From: Kineococcus radiotolerans SRS30216 = ATCC BAA-149
GTDB taxonomy: Bacteria; Actinomycetota; Actinomycetes; Actinomycetales; Kineococcaceae
Reading direction: 5' to 3'
DNA length: 32,000 nt
Assembly (NCBI RefSeq): GCF_000017305.1
Contig: NC_009664.2
Coordinates: 3,690,001 to 3,722,000 of the forward strand
Positions 18,256 through 27,570 of this stretch are shown one piece after another. Position 1 is the first letter of the stretch; each line of letters opens with the position of its first letter. The notes under the pieces were generated by a model. It did not search any database, was not told where the DNA came from, and worked only from the letters and a program-made list of their open reading frames with translations. Made by a program: the position numbers and the translations under genes.

Positions 18256-19758
18256 TCAGCGCCCGGCGCGGTCCTCGGCGAGGGCGACCAGGGTGCGCAC
18301 GGCCACGCCCGTCCCGCCCCGGTGGGTGTACCCCCAGGGCTCGCCCGTCACGAAGGCCGGGCCGGCGATGTCGAGGTGCGCCCACGGGATGGGGGTGCCC
18401 AGGCTCGAGGTGCCGACGAACTCGCGCAGGAACACCGCCGCGACGAGCATCCCGCCGGCCCGGTCGCCGATGTTGGCGAGGTCGGCGACGGGGGAGTCCA
18501 GCGTCGCGCGCAGCTCGTCGGGCAGCGGCATCGGCCAGAACGACTCCCCGGCGCGCTCGGCCGCGGCGAGCACCGCGGTGCGGAAGGCCTCGTCGTTGCC
18601 CATCACGCCGGAGACGCGGTTGCCCAGCGCGACGACCTGCGCACCGGTGAGGGTGGCGACGTCGACGATGGCGTCGGGCTGCTCCTGCGAGGCGGCGACG
18701 AGGGCGTCGCCGAGGACCAGCCGGCCCTCCGCGTCGGTGTTGAGGACCTCCACCGTCGTGCCGCCGTGCATCGTCAGCACGTCCGAGGGGCGGATCGCGG
18801 TGCCGGAGGGCATGTTCTCGGCCACGGCCAGCCAGCCGGTGACCTTGATCGGCAGGTCGAGCTCGGCGACGGCGCGCAGCGCGGCCAGCACGGCCGCCGC
18901 CCCCGACATGTCGCTCTTCATCGTCTCCATGCCCGCCGCGGGCTTGAGCGAGAGACCGCCGGAGTCGAAGGTGATGCCCTTGCCCACGAGGGCGAGGTGC
19001 CCCTGGGCCCGGGCCGGGGAGTGCTCGAGCACGACCAGCCGCGGCGGGCGGGAGGACCCCTGCCCGACCCCGAGGATGCCGCCGTAGCCGCCGTCGGCCA
19101 GCGCCTGCTCGTCGAGGACCCAAACGGTCAGGGAGGTGCCCTCGGCGGCGCGCACGGCCTCGGCCGCGAGGTCGGCCGGGGCGAGGTCGGCCGGGGCGGT
19201 GTTGATCAGGTCGCGGGCCGTGGCCACGGCCCGGGCCAGCACCGAGGCCCGCTCGACGGCGGCGCGGGCGGCCTTGTCGCGGGGCTTGTCCACGAGCAGC
19301 GAGACCTCGGCGACCGGTTCTCGCTCCGCGGCGCGGTAGCGGGTGAAGGCGTACGCGCCCAGGGCCGCGCCCTCGGCCACCGCGCCGAGGGCGCCCGCGT
19401 CCGGGGTCGGCAGGGCGAGGGCCACCCGGCGCTTGCCGGCGAGGGCGCGCACCGCGGCACCCGCCGCGCGGCGCAGCGTCTCGTGGTCGGGGTCGGTCCC
19501 CACCCCCGTGAGGGCCACCAGCGGGGTCGCGAGCCCGGGGGTGCCCGGGACCAGGTGCACGGTGCCGGCCTCGCCGCTCGCCCCCACGGCCAGGGCCGCG
19601 TCGGCCAGCGCGGACCGCGTCGCCCGGGGCAGGTCGTCCCCGCCCAGCACCACGGGCGCGCCCGGCCGCTTCCCGGTCGCCGGGGCGAGGCCCACGACCA
19701 GGGCGTCGACCGACACGCTCTTGACGGACTTGCTGCTGAGGAGGAGACGCGGCACCAC
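18256..19758 (-). CDS. pepA: leucyl aminopeptidase (M17)
   Basis: 500-aa ORF with GTG start. VGKGITFDSGGLSLKP and the M17 signature NTDAEGRLVLGDAL. Confidence 0.93.
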   Translation of the reverse strand: MVPRLLLSSKSVKSVSVDALVVGLAPATGKRPGAPVVLGGDDLPRATRSALADAALAVGASGEAGTVHLVPGTPGLATPLVALTGVGTDPDHETLRRAAGAAVRALAGKRRVALALPTPDAGALGAVAEGAALGAYAFTRYRAAEREPVAEVSLLVDKPRDKAARAAVERASVLARAVATARDLINTAPADLAPADLAAEAVRAAEGTSLTVWVLDEQALADGGYGGILGVGQGSSRPPRLVVLEHSPARAQGHLALVGKGITFDSGGLSLKPAAGMETMKSDMSGAAAVLAALRAVAELDLPIKVTGWLAVAENMPSGTAIRPSDVLTMHGGTTVEVLNTDAEGRLVLGDALVAASQEQPDAIVDVATLTGAQVVALGNRVSGVMGNDEAFRTAVLAAAERAGESFWPMPLPDELRATLDSPVADLANIGDRAGGMLVAAVFLREFVGTSSLGTPIPWAHLDIAGPAFVTGEPWGYTHRGGTGVAVRTLVALAEDRAGR

Positions 19759-19777
19759 CGCACCCTAACGTGGCGGC

Positions 19778-20491
19778 GTGACGGAACCGGCGGCGCACCA
19801 GGACCTCGGACCCACCGCCGAGGAGGTCGTGCCCGGGGTGCGGTGGCGACCGGTCGCCCCCGCCGACGTCCCCCGGCTGCAGCGGATCTGCCTGCTCACC
19901 GGCGACGCCGGCCGCGACGCCACCGACCGCACGGCCCACCCGGACCTGCTCGCCGACGTCTACGCCACGCCCTACGCGCTCCACGAGGCCCGCTTCGGGA
20001 CCGTCGTCGAGGACGCCGACGGCGTCGCGGGCTACCTGCTCGGCTGCCGCGACACCGCCGCGTTCGAGCGTTGGCGCGAGGCGGAGTGGTGGCCCCCGCT
20101 GCGCCGGCGCTACCCGCGCCCGGAGGACGCCGAACGGGCCTTCGACGTCGGCCCGCTGCGGATCGTGCGCACCGGGGTGCCTCCCGAACCCCGCTGGGCC
20201 ACCCACCCCTCCCACCTGCACGTGGACCTGCTGCCGCGGGTGCGGGGCCGGGGCATCGGCCGTCTGCTGCTGGAGCGCGTCCGCGCCCAGCTGGCCGCCG
20301 ACGGGTCCCCGGGCCTGCACCTGGAGGTGTCGGCGGCCAACCCGGGCGCGGTCGCGTTCTACCGGCGTAGCGGGCTGGTCGAGCTGGCCCGCTCCGAGGG
20401 CAGCTACGTCTTCGGCTGCTCGTTCCCCTCCGCCGGGCCGTCCGCGGCGCCCTCCGCGGGACCCGCCGCCGAGGGCTCCCCGCCGGCCTGA
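19778..20491 (+). CDS. GNAT family N-acetyltransferase
   Basis: 237-aa ORF. Acetyl-CoA motif [16 protein letters not shown] and [13 protein letters not shown]. Taking 19778 as the start leaves only 19 nt to the divergent pepA start. An alternative GTG at 19838 ([11 protein letters not shown]) has GAGGAGG 11 nt upstream. Confidence 0.8.
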   Translation: MTEPAAHQDLGPTAEEVVPGVRWRPVAPADVPRLQRICLLTGDAGRDATDRTAHPDLLADVYATPYALHEARFGTVVEDADGVAGYLLGCRDTAAFERWREAEWWPPLRRRYPRPEDAERAFDVGPLRIVRTGVPPEPRWATHPSHLHVDLLPRVRGRGIGRLLLERVRAQLAADGSPGLHLEVSAANPGAVAFYRRSGLVELARSEGSYVFGCSFPSAGPSAAPSAGPAAEGSPPA

Positions 20492-21621
20492 GGCGCGGGT
20501 GCCGCCTCGGGCTCGACCTCGGGTCCGGCCTCGGGCTCGGCCTCCAGTTCGGGTTCGGGCTCCGGTTCGGGCAGCGGCGGCAGCGCGGCCTCGTCGGCCG
20601 CCGCGAGCACCTGGGCCGCCCGCAGCACCCCGAGCGCGGCCAGCGCCCCCGACCCCCCGCCGCGACCGGCCCCGAGGTCCAGCACCGGGACCAGCTTCAG
20701 CCGGTCCACGGCCAGCGCCTGGGCCGGCTCCGCGGTCGCCGCCCCCACCTGCCACCACTTCTCCGCCCCGGGCACGCCGCGGGAGGCGAGCAGCGCCGCG
20801 GCCACCCCGACCGTCCCGTCCAGCAGCACCGGCGTGCGCCGGGCCGCGGCCCGCAGGAGGAACCCCACGGCGGCGGCCACGTCGGCGCTCGCGACCGCCT
20901 GCAGCACCGCGGCGGGGCGGGTCGCGAGCTTGCGGGCGCGGCGCACGGCGTCGCGCACGGCGGCGGTCTTGCGCATCCACGCGTCGTCGTCGATGCCGCT
21001 GCCGCGGCCCACGACGTCCACCGCGCCCTTGCGCAGGCAGACCGCCACCAGGGTCGCGGCGACCGTCGTGGCCCCCGCTCCCAGGTCGCCCAGCAGCAGC
21101 AGGTCCACCCCCGCGTCGATCTCGGCGTCGGCCACGGCGGCCCCGGCCCGCACCGCCGCCTCCACCTCCTCCGCCGTCAGCGCGTCCCCCGAGGCGATGT
21201 CGCCCGAGGGCCGCAGCGCGTGCTCCAGGACCCGGGCCGGGACCCCGGCCGGGCCCTCCCCGCCCCAGTCCACCCCCAGCGCGTGCACGGCCACCGGGAC
21301 CCCGGAGGAGGCGGCGAGCGCGGCGAACGCGCCCTCCCCGCCCACCAGCTCGCGCACCGCCCGCGCCGTCCAGCCCGGTTCCAGCCGCGAGATCCCGCGG
21401 GCCGCCACGCCGTGGTCGCCGGCCAGGACGACCAGGCGCACCCGCTCCAGCGGGGCGGGGACGTCGCGGTCCTGGGTGCCGGCCAGCCACGTGGCGAGGC
21501 CGTCGGCGCGCGAGGCCGGCCGCAGCGGGGCCACCAGCCGGGGCCGGGCGCGGGGGACGTGCGGCGAGCGCAGGCCCTCGGCGATCTCGCGCAGGTTCAA
21601 CGGCCGCGGGCCGTCGGTCAT
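20404..21621 (-). CDS. CobT-like protein (nicotinate-nucleotide:dimethylbenzimidazole phosphoribosyltransferase family) with acidic Pro/Glu-rich C-terminal tail
   Basis: ORF 20404..21852 trimmed to ATG 21621 (GAGGAG 5 nt upstream). CobT-like blocks [66 protein letters not shown]. The last ~60 aa are [26 protein letters not shown]... No gene symbol is given because key motifs look altered. Confidence 0.75.
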   Translation of the reverse strand: MTDGPRPLNLREIAEGLRSPHVPRARPRLVAPLRPASRADGLATWLAGTQDRDVPAPLERVRLVVLAGDHGVAARGISRLEPGWTARAVRELVGGEGAFAALAASSGVPVAVHALGVDWGGEGPAGVPARVLEHALRPSGDIASGDALTAEEVEAAVRAGAAVADAEIDAGVDLLLLGDLGAGATTVAATLVAVCLRKGAVDVVGRGSGIDDDAWMRKTAAVRDAVRRARKLATRPAAVLQAVASADVAAAVGFLLRAAARRTPVLLDGTVGVAAALLASRGVPGAEKWWQVGAATAEPAQALAVDRLKLVPVLDLGAGRGGGSGALAALGVLRAAQVLAAADEAALPPLPEPEPEPELEAEPEAGPEVEPEAAPAPQAGGEPSAAGPAEGAADGPAEGNEQPKT

Positions 21622-21799
21622 CGGTGCTCCTCGGGAGGGCTGGGCGGGCGGGTCGTCCCGCGGTGTCGGCCGCGGTGCCACGCATGGTCGCACCCGCGGG
21701 GACCCCGCGGCCGACGCGATCCCCTCGACACCCGTCCGCCCGCCGCCTACCGTGCTGGCCATCCGGGCCCGGGGAGGACCCGGGGAGGAGGTCGCGAGG

Positions 21800-23068
21800 G
21801 TGCTGCCGGCTGCGTCCCGCTCGCGCGAGGAGTGGCTGGCCTCGTGCGCCAACGACCTCGCCGGGACACCCCTGCCCGGCGCGCGCGACCTGGTGTCCTC
21901 GTCGTGGTGGCGCGCCCGCAGCAGCGGGCTGGACCCCGACCGCGTCCTGCCCCCGGTCCTGCTCGGGGGTCCCGCCCTGCTCGAGCGCCGCGCCGGTCAC
22001 CCGCTGGCCGGGGTGCTGCCCACCGCCCGCCGGCTGCTGCTCGACGAACCCCTCGGGGTGCCGCTGCTGATGGCGGTCAGCGACGTCGACGGGACCCTGC
22101 TGTGGGTGGAGGGCGACGCGGGGCTGCGCCGGGCCGCGGAGCGGATGGCCTTCACCCCGGGCGCGCGGTGGAGCGAGGACGTGGCCGGCCTCAACGCCCC
22201 GGGCACCGCGCTCGCACTGGGCCGGCCCGTCCGGGTCCGCGCCGGGGAGCACTACGCCACCGCCGTCGCCGGCTGGAGCTGCTCGGCGGCGCCCGTGCGC
22301 GACCCCGGCACCGGCCGGGTCCTGGGGGTCCTCGACCTCACCGGCGGCGACGACCTCGGCCGCGCCCGCGCCCTGGACCTGGTGCGCGCCGCCGCGGGGG
22401 CCCTCGAGGGCGAGCTGCGGGTCGCCGCGCTGCGCCGCGGGCTGCGCGGGGCGGGCGCTCCCGCCGGCGCGGTCCCGCCCCTCGTGCGGCTCTCGGTGCT
22501 GGGGGGCCCCGCCCGGCTCGGGGTGGGGGAGGAGGTGGGTCCGCTGTCGCTGCGGCACGCCGAGGTCCTGCTCACCCTCCTGACCGGACCGGGGGGCGGG
22601 CGCTCCGCGGCGCAGCTGGCGGCCGACCTCGACGACCGCGACCTCGCCCCCGTCTCGGTGCGCGCCGAGGTGCACCGGCTGCGCGCGGTCCTGGCCCGGC
22701 GCACCGGCGGTCTCGTGCAGCTCTCAGCCGCCCCCTACCGGCTCCTCGGCCCGGTGCGCTGCGACGCCCTGGCAGTCCGCGACGCCGTGCGGGCCGGGCG
22801 CCCGCGCGAGGCCGTGCGCGCCTGGACCGGCGACCTGCTGCCGGCCTCCGACGCCCCGCGGGTGCGCGAGCTGCGGGAGGAGCTGCGCGCGGGCCTGCGG
22901 GCGGCCGTCCTCGAGGGGGACGACGACCAGGCGTTGCTGGAGTTCTCCCGCACCGCCGCCGGCCGCGACGACCCCCTGGTGGCGCGCGACCTGGTGCGCC
23001 GGCTGGCCCCGGGCGACCCGGGACGGGCCGAGGCGCTCGCCCAGCTGCAACGGGTCTGCAACGGGTAG
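21800..23068 (+). CDS. transcriptional regulator: AcoR-type GAF sensor fused to SARP-like winged-helix plus BTAD-like C-terminus
   Basis: ORF 20834..23068 trimmed to GTG 21800 (GGAGGAGG about 9 nt upstream). N-terminus [74 protein letters not shown]-terminus [75 protein letters not shown]. Confidence 0.72.
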   Translation: MLPAASRSREEWLASCANDLAGTPLPGARDLVSSSWWRARSSGLDPDRVLPPVLLGGPALLERRAGHPLAGVLPTARRLLLDEPLGVPLLMAVSDVDGTLLWVEGDAGLRRAAERMAFTPGARWSEDVAGLNAPGTALALGRPVRVRAGEHYATAVAGWSCSAAPVRDPGTGRVLGVLDLTGGDDLGRARALDLVRAAAGALEGELRVAALRRGLRGAGAPAGAVPPLVRLSVLGGPARLGVGEEVGPLSLRHAEVLLTLLTGPGGGRSAAQLAADLDDRDLAPVSVRAEVHRLRAVLARRTGGLVQLSAAPYRLLGPVRCDALAVRDAVRAGRPREAVRAWTGDLLPASDAPRVRELREELRAGLRAAVLEGDDDQALLEFSRTAAGRDDPLVARDLVRRLAPGDPGRAEALAQLQRVCNG

Positions 23069-23127
23069 CGCCGCAGACTGGGGAGCAGGCGACGGAGCCG
23101 TCGCCGTTCCTCACCGTGGAGGTCCCC

Positions 23128-24651
23128 ATGACGGTCTACGAGGCGCCCGGGCGCGCCGGCAGCGTCGTGCAGTACGCCGACCGCTACGACCACTGGATCG
23201 GCGGCGAGCGCGTCGCCCCCGCCGAGGGCGGGTACTTCGAGAACCCCAGCCCCGTCACCGGCCAGCCGTTCACCGAGGTCGCCCGCGGTACCGCCGCCGA
23301 CGTCGAGCGCGCCCTGGACGCCGCCCACGCCGCCGCGCCGGCCTGGGGCCGCACCTCCGTCGCCGAGCGGGCCCTGGTGCTGAACCGCATCGCCGACCGG
23401 ATCGAGCAGAACCTGGAGGAGCTCGCCGTCGCGGAGACCTGGGACAACGGCAAGCCCGTGCGGGAGTGCCTCGCCGCGGACCTGCCCCTCGTCGTGGACC
23501 ACCTGCGCTACTTCGCCGGGGTCGTGCGGGCGCAGGAGGGCGGGATCTCCCAGATCGACGACGACACCGTCGCCTACCACTTCCACGAACCGCTGGGGGT
23601 CGTCGGGCAGATCATCCCGTGGAACTTCCCGCTGCTCATGGCGATCTGGAAGCTGGCCCCGGCGCTCGCGGCCGGCAACGCCGTCGTGCTCAAGCCCGCC
23701 GAGCAGACCCCGGCCTCGATCATGCTGCTGATGGACCTCGTCGGGGACCTGCTCCCGCCCGGCGTCGTCAACGTCGTCAACGGGTTCGGCGCGGAGGCGG
23801 GCAAACCGCTGGCCAGCAACCCCCGCATCCGCAAGATCGCCTTCACGGGCGAGACGACGACGGGCCGGCTGATCATGCAGTACGCCAGCCAGAACCTCAT
23901 CCCCGTGACCCTGGAACTGGGCGGCAAGAGCCCGAACGTCTTCTTCGACGACGTCGCCAGCGCCCGGGACGACTTCTACGACAAGGCCCTCGAGGGGTTC
24001 ACGATGTTCGCCCTCAACCAGGGGGAGGTGTGCACCTGCCCGTCCCGCGCGCTCATCCAGAGCGGCATCTACGAGTCGTTCCTCGCCGACGCGCTGGACC
24101 GCACCCGGGCCGTGAAGCAGGGCAACCCGCTGGACACCGAGACGATGATCGGGGCGCAGGCCAGCAACGACCAGCTCGAGAAGATCCTCTCCTACATCGA
24201 CATCGGGAAGCAGGAGGGCGCGAAGCTGCTGACCGGGGGCGAGCGCGCCGACCTCGGGGGGGAGCTGTCCGGCGGCTACTACGTGACGCCGACGGTGTTC
24301 GAGGGCGACAACTCGATGCGCATCTTCCAGGAGGAGATCTTCGGGCCCGTCGTCTCCGTGACCCGCTTCGACGGCCCGGACGACGCGCTGAAGATCGCCA
24401 ACGACACCCTCTACGGCCTGGGGGCGGGCGTGTGGTCGCGCGACATCCACCTCGCGTACCGGATGGGGCGCGGGATCCAGGCCGGGCGGGTGTGGACGAA
24501 CAACTACCACGCCTACCCCGCGCACGCGGCGTTCGGCGGGTACAAGAGCTCCGGCATCGGCCGGGAGAACCACGCCATGATGCTCGACCACTACCAGCAG
24601 ACGAAGAACCTCCTCGTCAGCTACTCCACCAGCAAGCTCGGGTTCTTCTGA
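23128..24651 (+). CDS. NAD-dependent aldehyde dehydrogenase (AcoD/ThcA-like, 507 aa)
   Basis: Long ORF 21220..24651 trimmed to ATG 23128 (GGAGG 5 nt upstream). [46 protein letters not shown], catalytic Cys block [22 protein letters not shown]. Confidence 0.95.
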   Translation: MTVYEAPGRAGSVVQYADRYDHWIGGERVAPAEGGYFENPSPVTGQPFTEVARGTAADVERALDAAHAAAPAWGRTSVAERALVLNRIADRIEQNLEELAVAETWDNGKPVRECLAADLPLVVDHLRYFAGVVRAQEGGISQIDDDTVAYHFHEPLGVVGQIIPWNFPLLMAIWKLAPALAAGNAVVLKPAEQTPASIMLLMDLVGDLLPPGVVNVVNGFGAEAGKPLASNPRIRKIAFTGETTTGRLIMQYASQNLIPVTLELGGKSPNVFFDDVASARDDFYDKALEGFTMFALNQGEVCTCPSRALIQSGIYESFLADALDRTRAVKQGNPLDTETMIGAQASNDQLEKILSYIDIGKQEGAKLLTGGERADLGGELSGGYYVTPTVFEGDNSMRIFQEEIFGPVVSVTRFDGPDDALKIANDTLYGLGAGVWSRDIHLAYRMGRGIQAGRVWTNNYHAYPAHAAFGGYKSSGIGRENHAMMLDHYQQTKNLLVSYSTSKLGFF

Positions 24652-24653
24652 GC

Positions 24654-25013
24654 ATGGCGGTCGGACTGACCCCGGAGGCGGCGGCGCAGCTGCGCCGCCT
24701 CCGGGCCCGGCACGGGGACCTGATGTTCCACCAGTCCGGGGGCTGCTGCGACGGCAGTTCCCCGATGTGCTTCGCCGCGGGGGAGTTCATCGTCTCCGAC
24801 GCCGACGCGTTCCTCGGGGACCTGCACGTCCCCGCCGCGGAGGGGTCCGAGGCGTTCACCGTCGGGGTCTGGATGTCCCGGGAGCAGCACCTGCGCTGGG
24901 CGCACACCGAGCTGACGATCGACCTGGTGCCCGGGCGCGGGGCGGGGTTCTCCCTCGAGGCGCCCGACGGGGTGCGCTTCCTCGTCCGCTCGCGGGTGTG
25001 CCGCACGCCCTGA
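24654..25013 (+). CDS. DUF779 domain protein
   Basis: ATG 24654 lies 2 nt after the ALDH stop (24649-24651), in frame with track ORF 23466..25013. 119 aa. LMFHQSGGCCDGSSPMCF..GEF..WMSREQHLRWAHTELTIDLVPGRGAGFSLEAPDGVRFLVRSR matches my memory of the DUF779 family. Confidence 0.85.
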   Translation: MAVGLTPEAAAQLRRLRARHGDLMFHQSGGCCDGSSPMCFAAGEFIVSDADAFLGDLHVPAAEGSEAFTVGVWMSREQHLRWAHTELTIDLVPGRGAGFSLEAPDGVRFLVRSRVCRTP

Positions 25014-25042
25014 CCCCGGCGCGCGCTCGCTACGGTGGGCCG

Positions 25043-26077
25043 GTGAGCGACGCCGCGGACGTGACCTTCGCCCTGGTCGGCTACGGCGGGGGCGGGCGCT
25101 ACTTCCACGCCCCCGTCATCGCGGGGGCGCCCGGGGCCCGGCTGGGGGTCGTGGTCACCACGAACGCCGAGCGCGCGGCGCAGGCCCGGGCCGAGCACGG
25201 GGTGGAGGTCGTGGCCTCGCTGGCCGAGGCGCGCGCCGCCGGGGTGGACGCCGTCGCGATCTCCACGCCCGCCGCGACCCACACCGAGCTGACGCACCAG
25301 GCGATCGACCTCGGGCTGCCCGTGGTGTGCGACAAGCCGTTCGCGCTCGACGGCGCGACCGCGGCCGCGACCGTGCGGCGCGCGGAGGCCGCGGGGGTGC
25401 TGCTCTCGCCGTACCAGAACCGCCGCTGGGACTCCGACCTGCTGACGCTGCGACGGGTCCTGGCCGAGGGGGAGTTGGGCGAGGTCCTGCGCTTCGAGTC
25501 CTCCTTCGAGCGGTGGGCCGCGGGCGACCCGCCGGCCGCCGGGGGCGGGCTGCTGCGCGACTTCGGGGCGCACCTCGTCGACCAGGCGCTGCACCTGTTC
25601 GGCGAGGCGTCGACGGTGGCGGCCCAGGCGTGGGGCGCCGAGGGCGCCGAGGACGGGTTCCGGGTGCAGGTCGAGCACGTCGGCGGGGTCCGCACGGAGC
25701 TGTCCGGGGCGTGGAAGCAGGCCCTGCCCGGTCCGCGCTTCCGGGTGACGGGCACCCGGGGGACGTTCGTGCTGGAGTCGCCGATGGACGTCCAGGAGGA
25801 GCGGCTGCTCGCCGGCCGCACGCCTGCCGCGGAGGGCGCGGCCTGGGGGGTGGAGCCGCCGAGCCGCTGGGGCTGGCTGGCGCTGGGCGGGGGCCCGGTG
25901 CGGCGGGTGCCGAGCGAGGCCGGGCGGTGGCCGGAGTTCTACGCGCGCTTCGCCGCGGCGGTGCGCGGCGAGGGCCCGGTGCCCGTCGACCCGTGGGACG
26001 CGTGGCGCACGTGCGCCGTCGTCGACGCCGCGCACGCGTCGGTGCGCGAGCGCGAACTCGTCCGTCTCAAGGACTGA
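25043..26077 (+). CDS. Gfo/Idh/MocA family oxidoreductase
   Basis: ORF 24767..26077 trimmed to GTG 25043. N-terminal Rossmann FALVGYGGGGRYFHAPVI and VVCDKPFAL (EKP-type motif). Confidence 0.85.
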   Translation: MSDAADVTFALVGYGGGGRYFHAPVIAGAPGARLGVVVTTNAERAAQARAEHGVEVVASLAEARAAGVDAVAISTPAATHTELTHQAIDLGLPVVCDKPFALDGATAAATVRRAEAAGVLLSPYQNRRWDSDLLTLRRVLAEGELGEVLRFESSFERWAAGDPPAAGGGLLRDFGAHLVDQALHLFGEASTVAAQAWGAEGAEDGFRVQVEHVGGVRTELSGAWKQALPGPRFRVTGTRGTFVLESPMDVQEERLLAGRTPAAEGAAWGVEPPSRWGWLALGGGPVRRVPSEAGRWPEFYARFAAAVRGEGPVPVDPWDAWRTCAVVDAAHASVRERELVRLKD

Positions 26078-26246
26078 GACGACCGTCTCGCGAGCTGGAT
26101 GACTGGCGGGCTGGGCGTAGGATCCACGTCGCACCCGGGGCGACGACGGCGACCCCGTGCACGACGCCGGGTGCCCACCGCCCGGCCAGGACGACCCCTG
26201 CGAACGGCTGCGACCCGCCCATCCCCGTCGTCCCGAAGGTTCCGCC

Positions 26247-27557
26247 ATGGGTCCCGCCGACCTCAACACCGCCTCGACGCAGGCCGCCCCGCCGACCAAC
26301 CCGACCCGCAAGGTCGCGGCCGCCAGCCTCATCGGCACCACGATCGAGTTCTACGACTTCTACGTCTACGCGACCGCGGCCGTGCTCGTCTTCGGGCCGC
26401 TGTTCTTCCCCTCCGGCAACGAGACCGCGCAGACGCTGGCCTCGCTGGCCACCTTCGCGATCGCCTTCGTCGCCCGCCCCATCGGCTCGGTTGTCTTCGG
26501 CCACTTCGGCGACCGCATCGGGCGCAAGACCACCCTCGTCGCCGCGCTGCTGGTCATGGGCATCTCCACCGTCCTCATCGGCGTCCTGCCCACCCACGCC
26601 ACCGCGGGCAACCTCGCCCCGGTCCTGCTCTGCCTGCTGCGCTTCGGGCAGGGCTTCGGCCTCGGCGGGGAGTGGGGCGGCGCCGCGCTGCTCGCCACCG
26701 AGAACGCCCCGGCCAACCGCCGCGCCCTCTACGGCATGTTCCCGCAGCTGGGCGCCCCCTTCGGCTTCGTCCTCGCCAACGGCCTCTTCATCGTGCTCGC
26801 CACGACCATGAGCGACGAGACCTTCACCAGCTGGGGCTGGCGCATCCCGTTCCTGCTGAGCGCCGTCCTCGTCCTGCTCGGGCTCTGGATCCGGCTCAGC
26901 CTCGCCGAGACGCCCGTCTTCGCCAAGGCGCTGGCCGAGAACAAGCAGGTGCGGGTGCCGGTCGCGGAGACCTTCCGCAGCAGCTGGCGGATCGTCGTCC
27001 TCGGCGCCTTCTCGGTGATGCTCACGTACACGCTCTTCTACCTGACCACGACCTGGTCGCTGAGCTACGGCACGAAGGCGCTGGCCTACGAGCGCCAGGA
27101 CTTCCTGCTCATGCTGTGCGTCGCCGTGCTCTTCATGGCCGCCGCCACCCCGCTCTCGGGCTGGCTGTCCGACCGGTTCGGACGCCGCCCGGTGCTGGCC
27201 ACCGCCATGGTCGGCGGCGCCGTCGTCGGCCTGCTCACCGGCCCGCTGCTCGGCTCCGGCGAGACGCCCCTGGTCATGCTCTGGCTGTGCGCCGGGCTGT
27301 TCTTCATGGGTCTGGTCTTCGGGCCGATCGGCGCCTACCTGCCCGAGCTGTTCCCCACGAACGTCCGCTACACCGGGGCTTCGCTGGCCTTCAACTCCGG
27401 CAGCATCCTCGGGGCCTCGCTGGCGCCGTACACCGCGGTGAAGCTGGCCACGGCCTACGGGGTCAGCTGGGTCGGGTTCTACCTCGCCGCCACGGCCGTC
27501 GTCAGCCTCATCGCCCTCTCGATGCTGCGCGAGACCCGGACCGCGTCGCTCACCTGA
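26247..27557 (+). CDS. MFS transporter, metabolite:H+ symporter (MHS) family
   Basis: ORF 26157..27557 trimmed to ATG 26247. IEFYDFYVYATAAVLVFGPLFFP and MFS motif A GHFGDRIGRKTTL. About 12 hydrophobic segments. Confidence 0.88.
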   Translation: MGPADLNTASTQAAPPTNPTRKVAAASLIGTTIEFYDFYVYATAAVLVFGPLFFPSGNETAQTLASLATFAIAFVARPIGSVVFGHFGDRIGRKTTLVAALLVMGISTVLIGVLPTHATAGNLAPVLLCLLRFGQGFGLGGEWGGAALLATENAPANRRALYGMFPQLGAPFGFVLANGLFIVLATTMSDETFTSWGWRIPFLLSAVLVLLGLWIRLSLAETPVFAKALAENKQVRVPVAETFRSSWRIVVLGAFSVMLTYTLFYLTTTWSLSYGTKALAYERQDFLLMLCVAVLFMAAATPLSGWLSDRFGRRPVLATAMVGGAVVGLLTGPLLGSGETPLVMLWLCAGLFFMGLVFGPIGAYLPELFPTNVRYTGASLAFNSGSILGASLAPYTAVKLATAYGVSWVGFYLAATAVVSLIALSMLRETRTASLT

Positions 27558-27570
27558 CCGACCGTCTATC

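Noticed and set aside
21622-21799. Cobalamin riboswitch upstream of the cobT-like gene
   Set aside because: I could not recognise a B12-box-like element or the expected conserved stems. The region is better explained as a divergent promoter region shared with the regulator.
18146-22675. 1509-aa minus-strand ORF, the longest in the track
   Set aside because: Its translation is Arg/Gly/Pro/Ala low-complexity with no motifs. It runs out of frame or antisense across four well-supported genes (pepA, GNAT, cobT-like, regulator). This is a typical stop-poor shadow frame of high-GC DNA.
21220-23127. 5' extensions of track ORFs: ALDH from 21220, glnA to 2582, sucB to 15993, lpdA to 17475, cobT-like to 21852, MHS transporter from 26157, GT2 from 7499
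   Set aside because: The extensions overlap neighbouring genes or lack family similarity. Internal starts with SD sequences coincide with the expected N-termini of each family.
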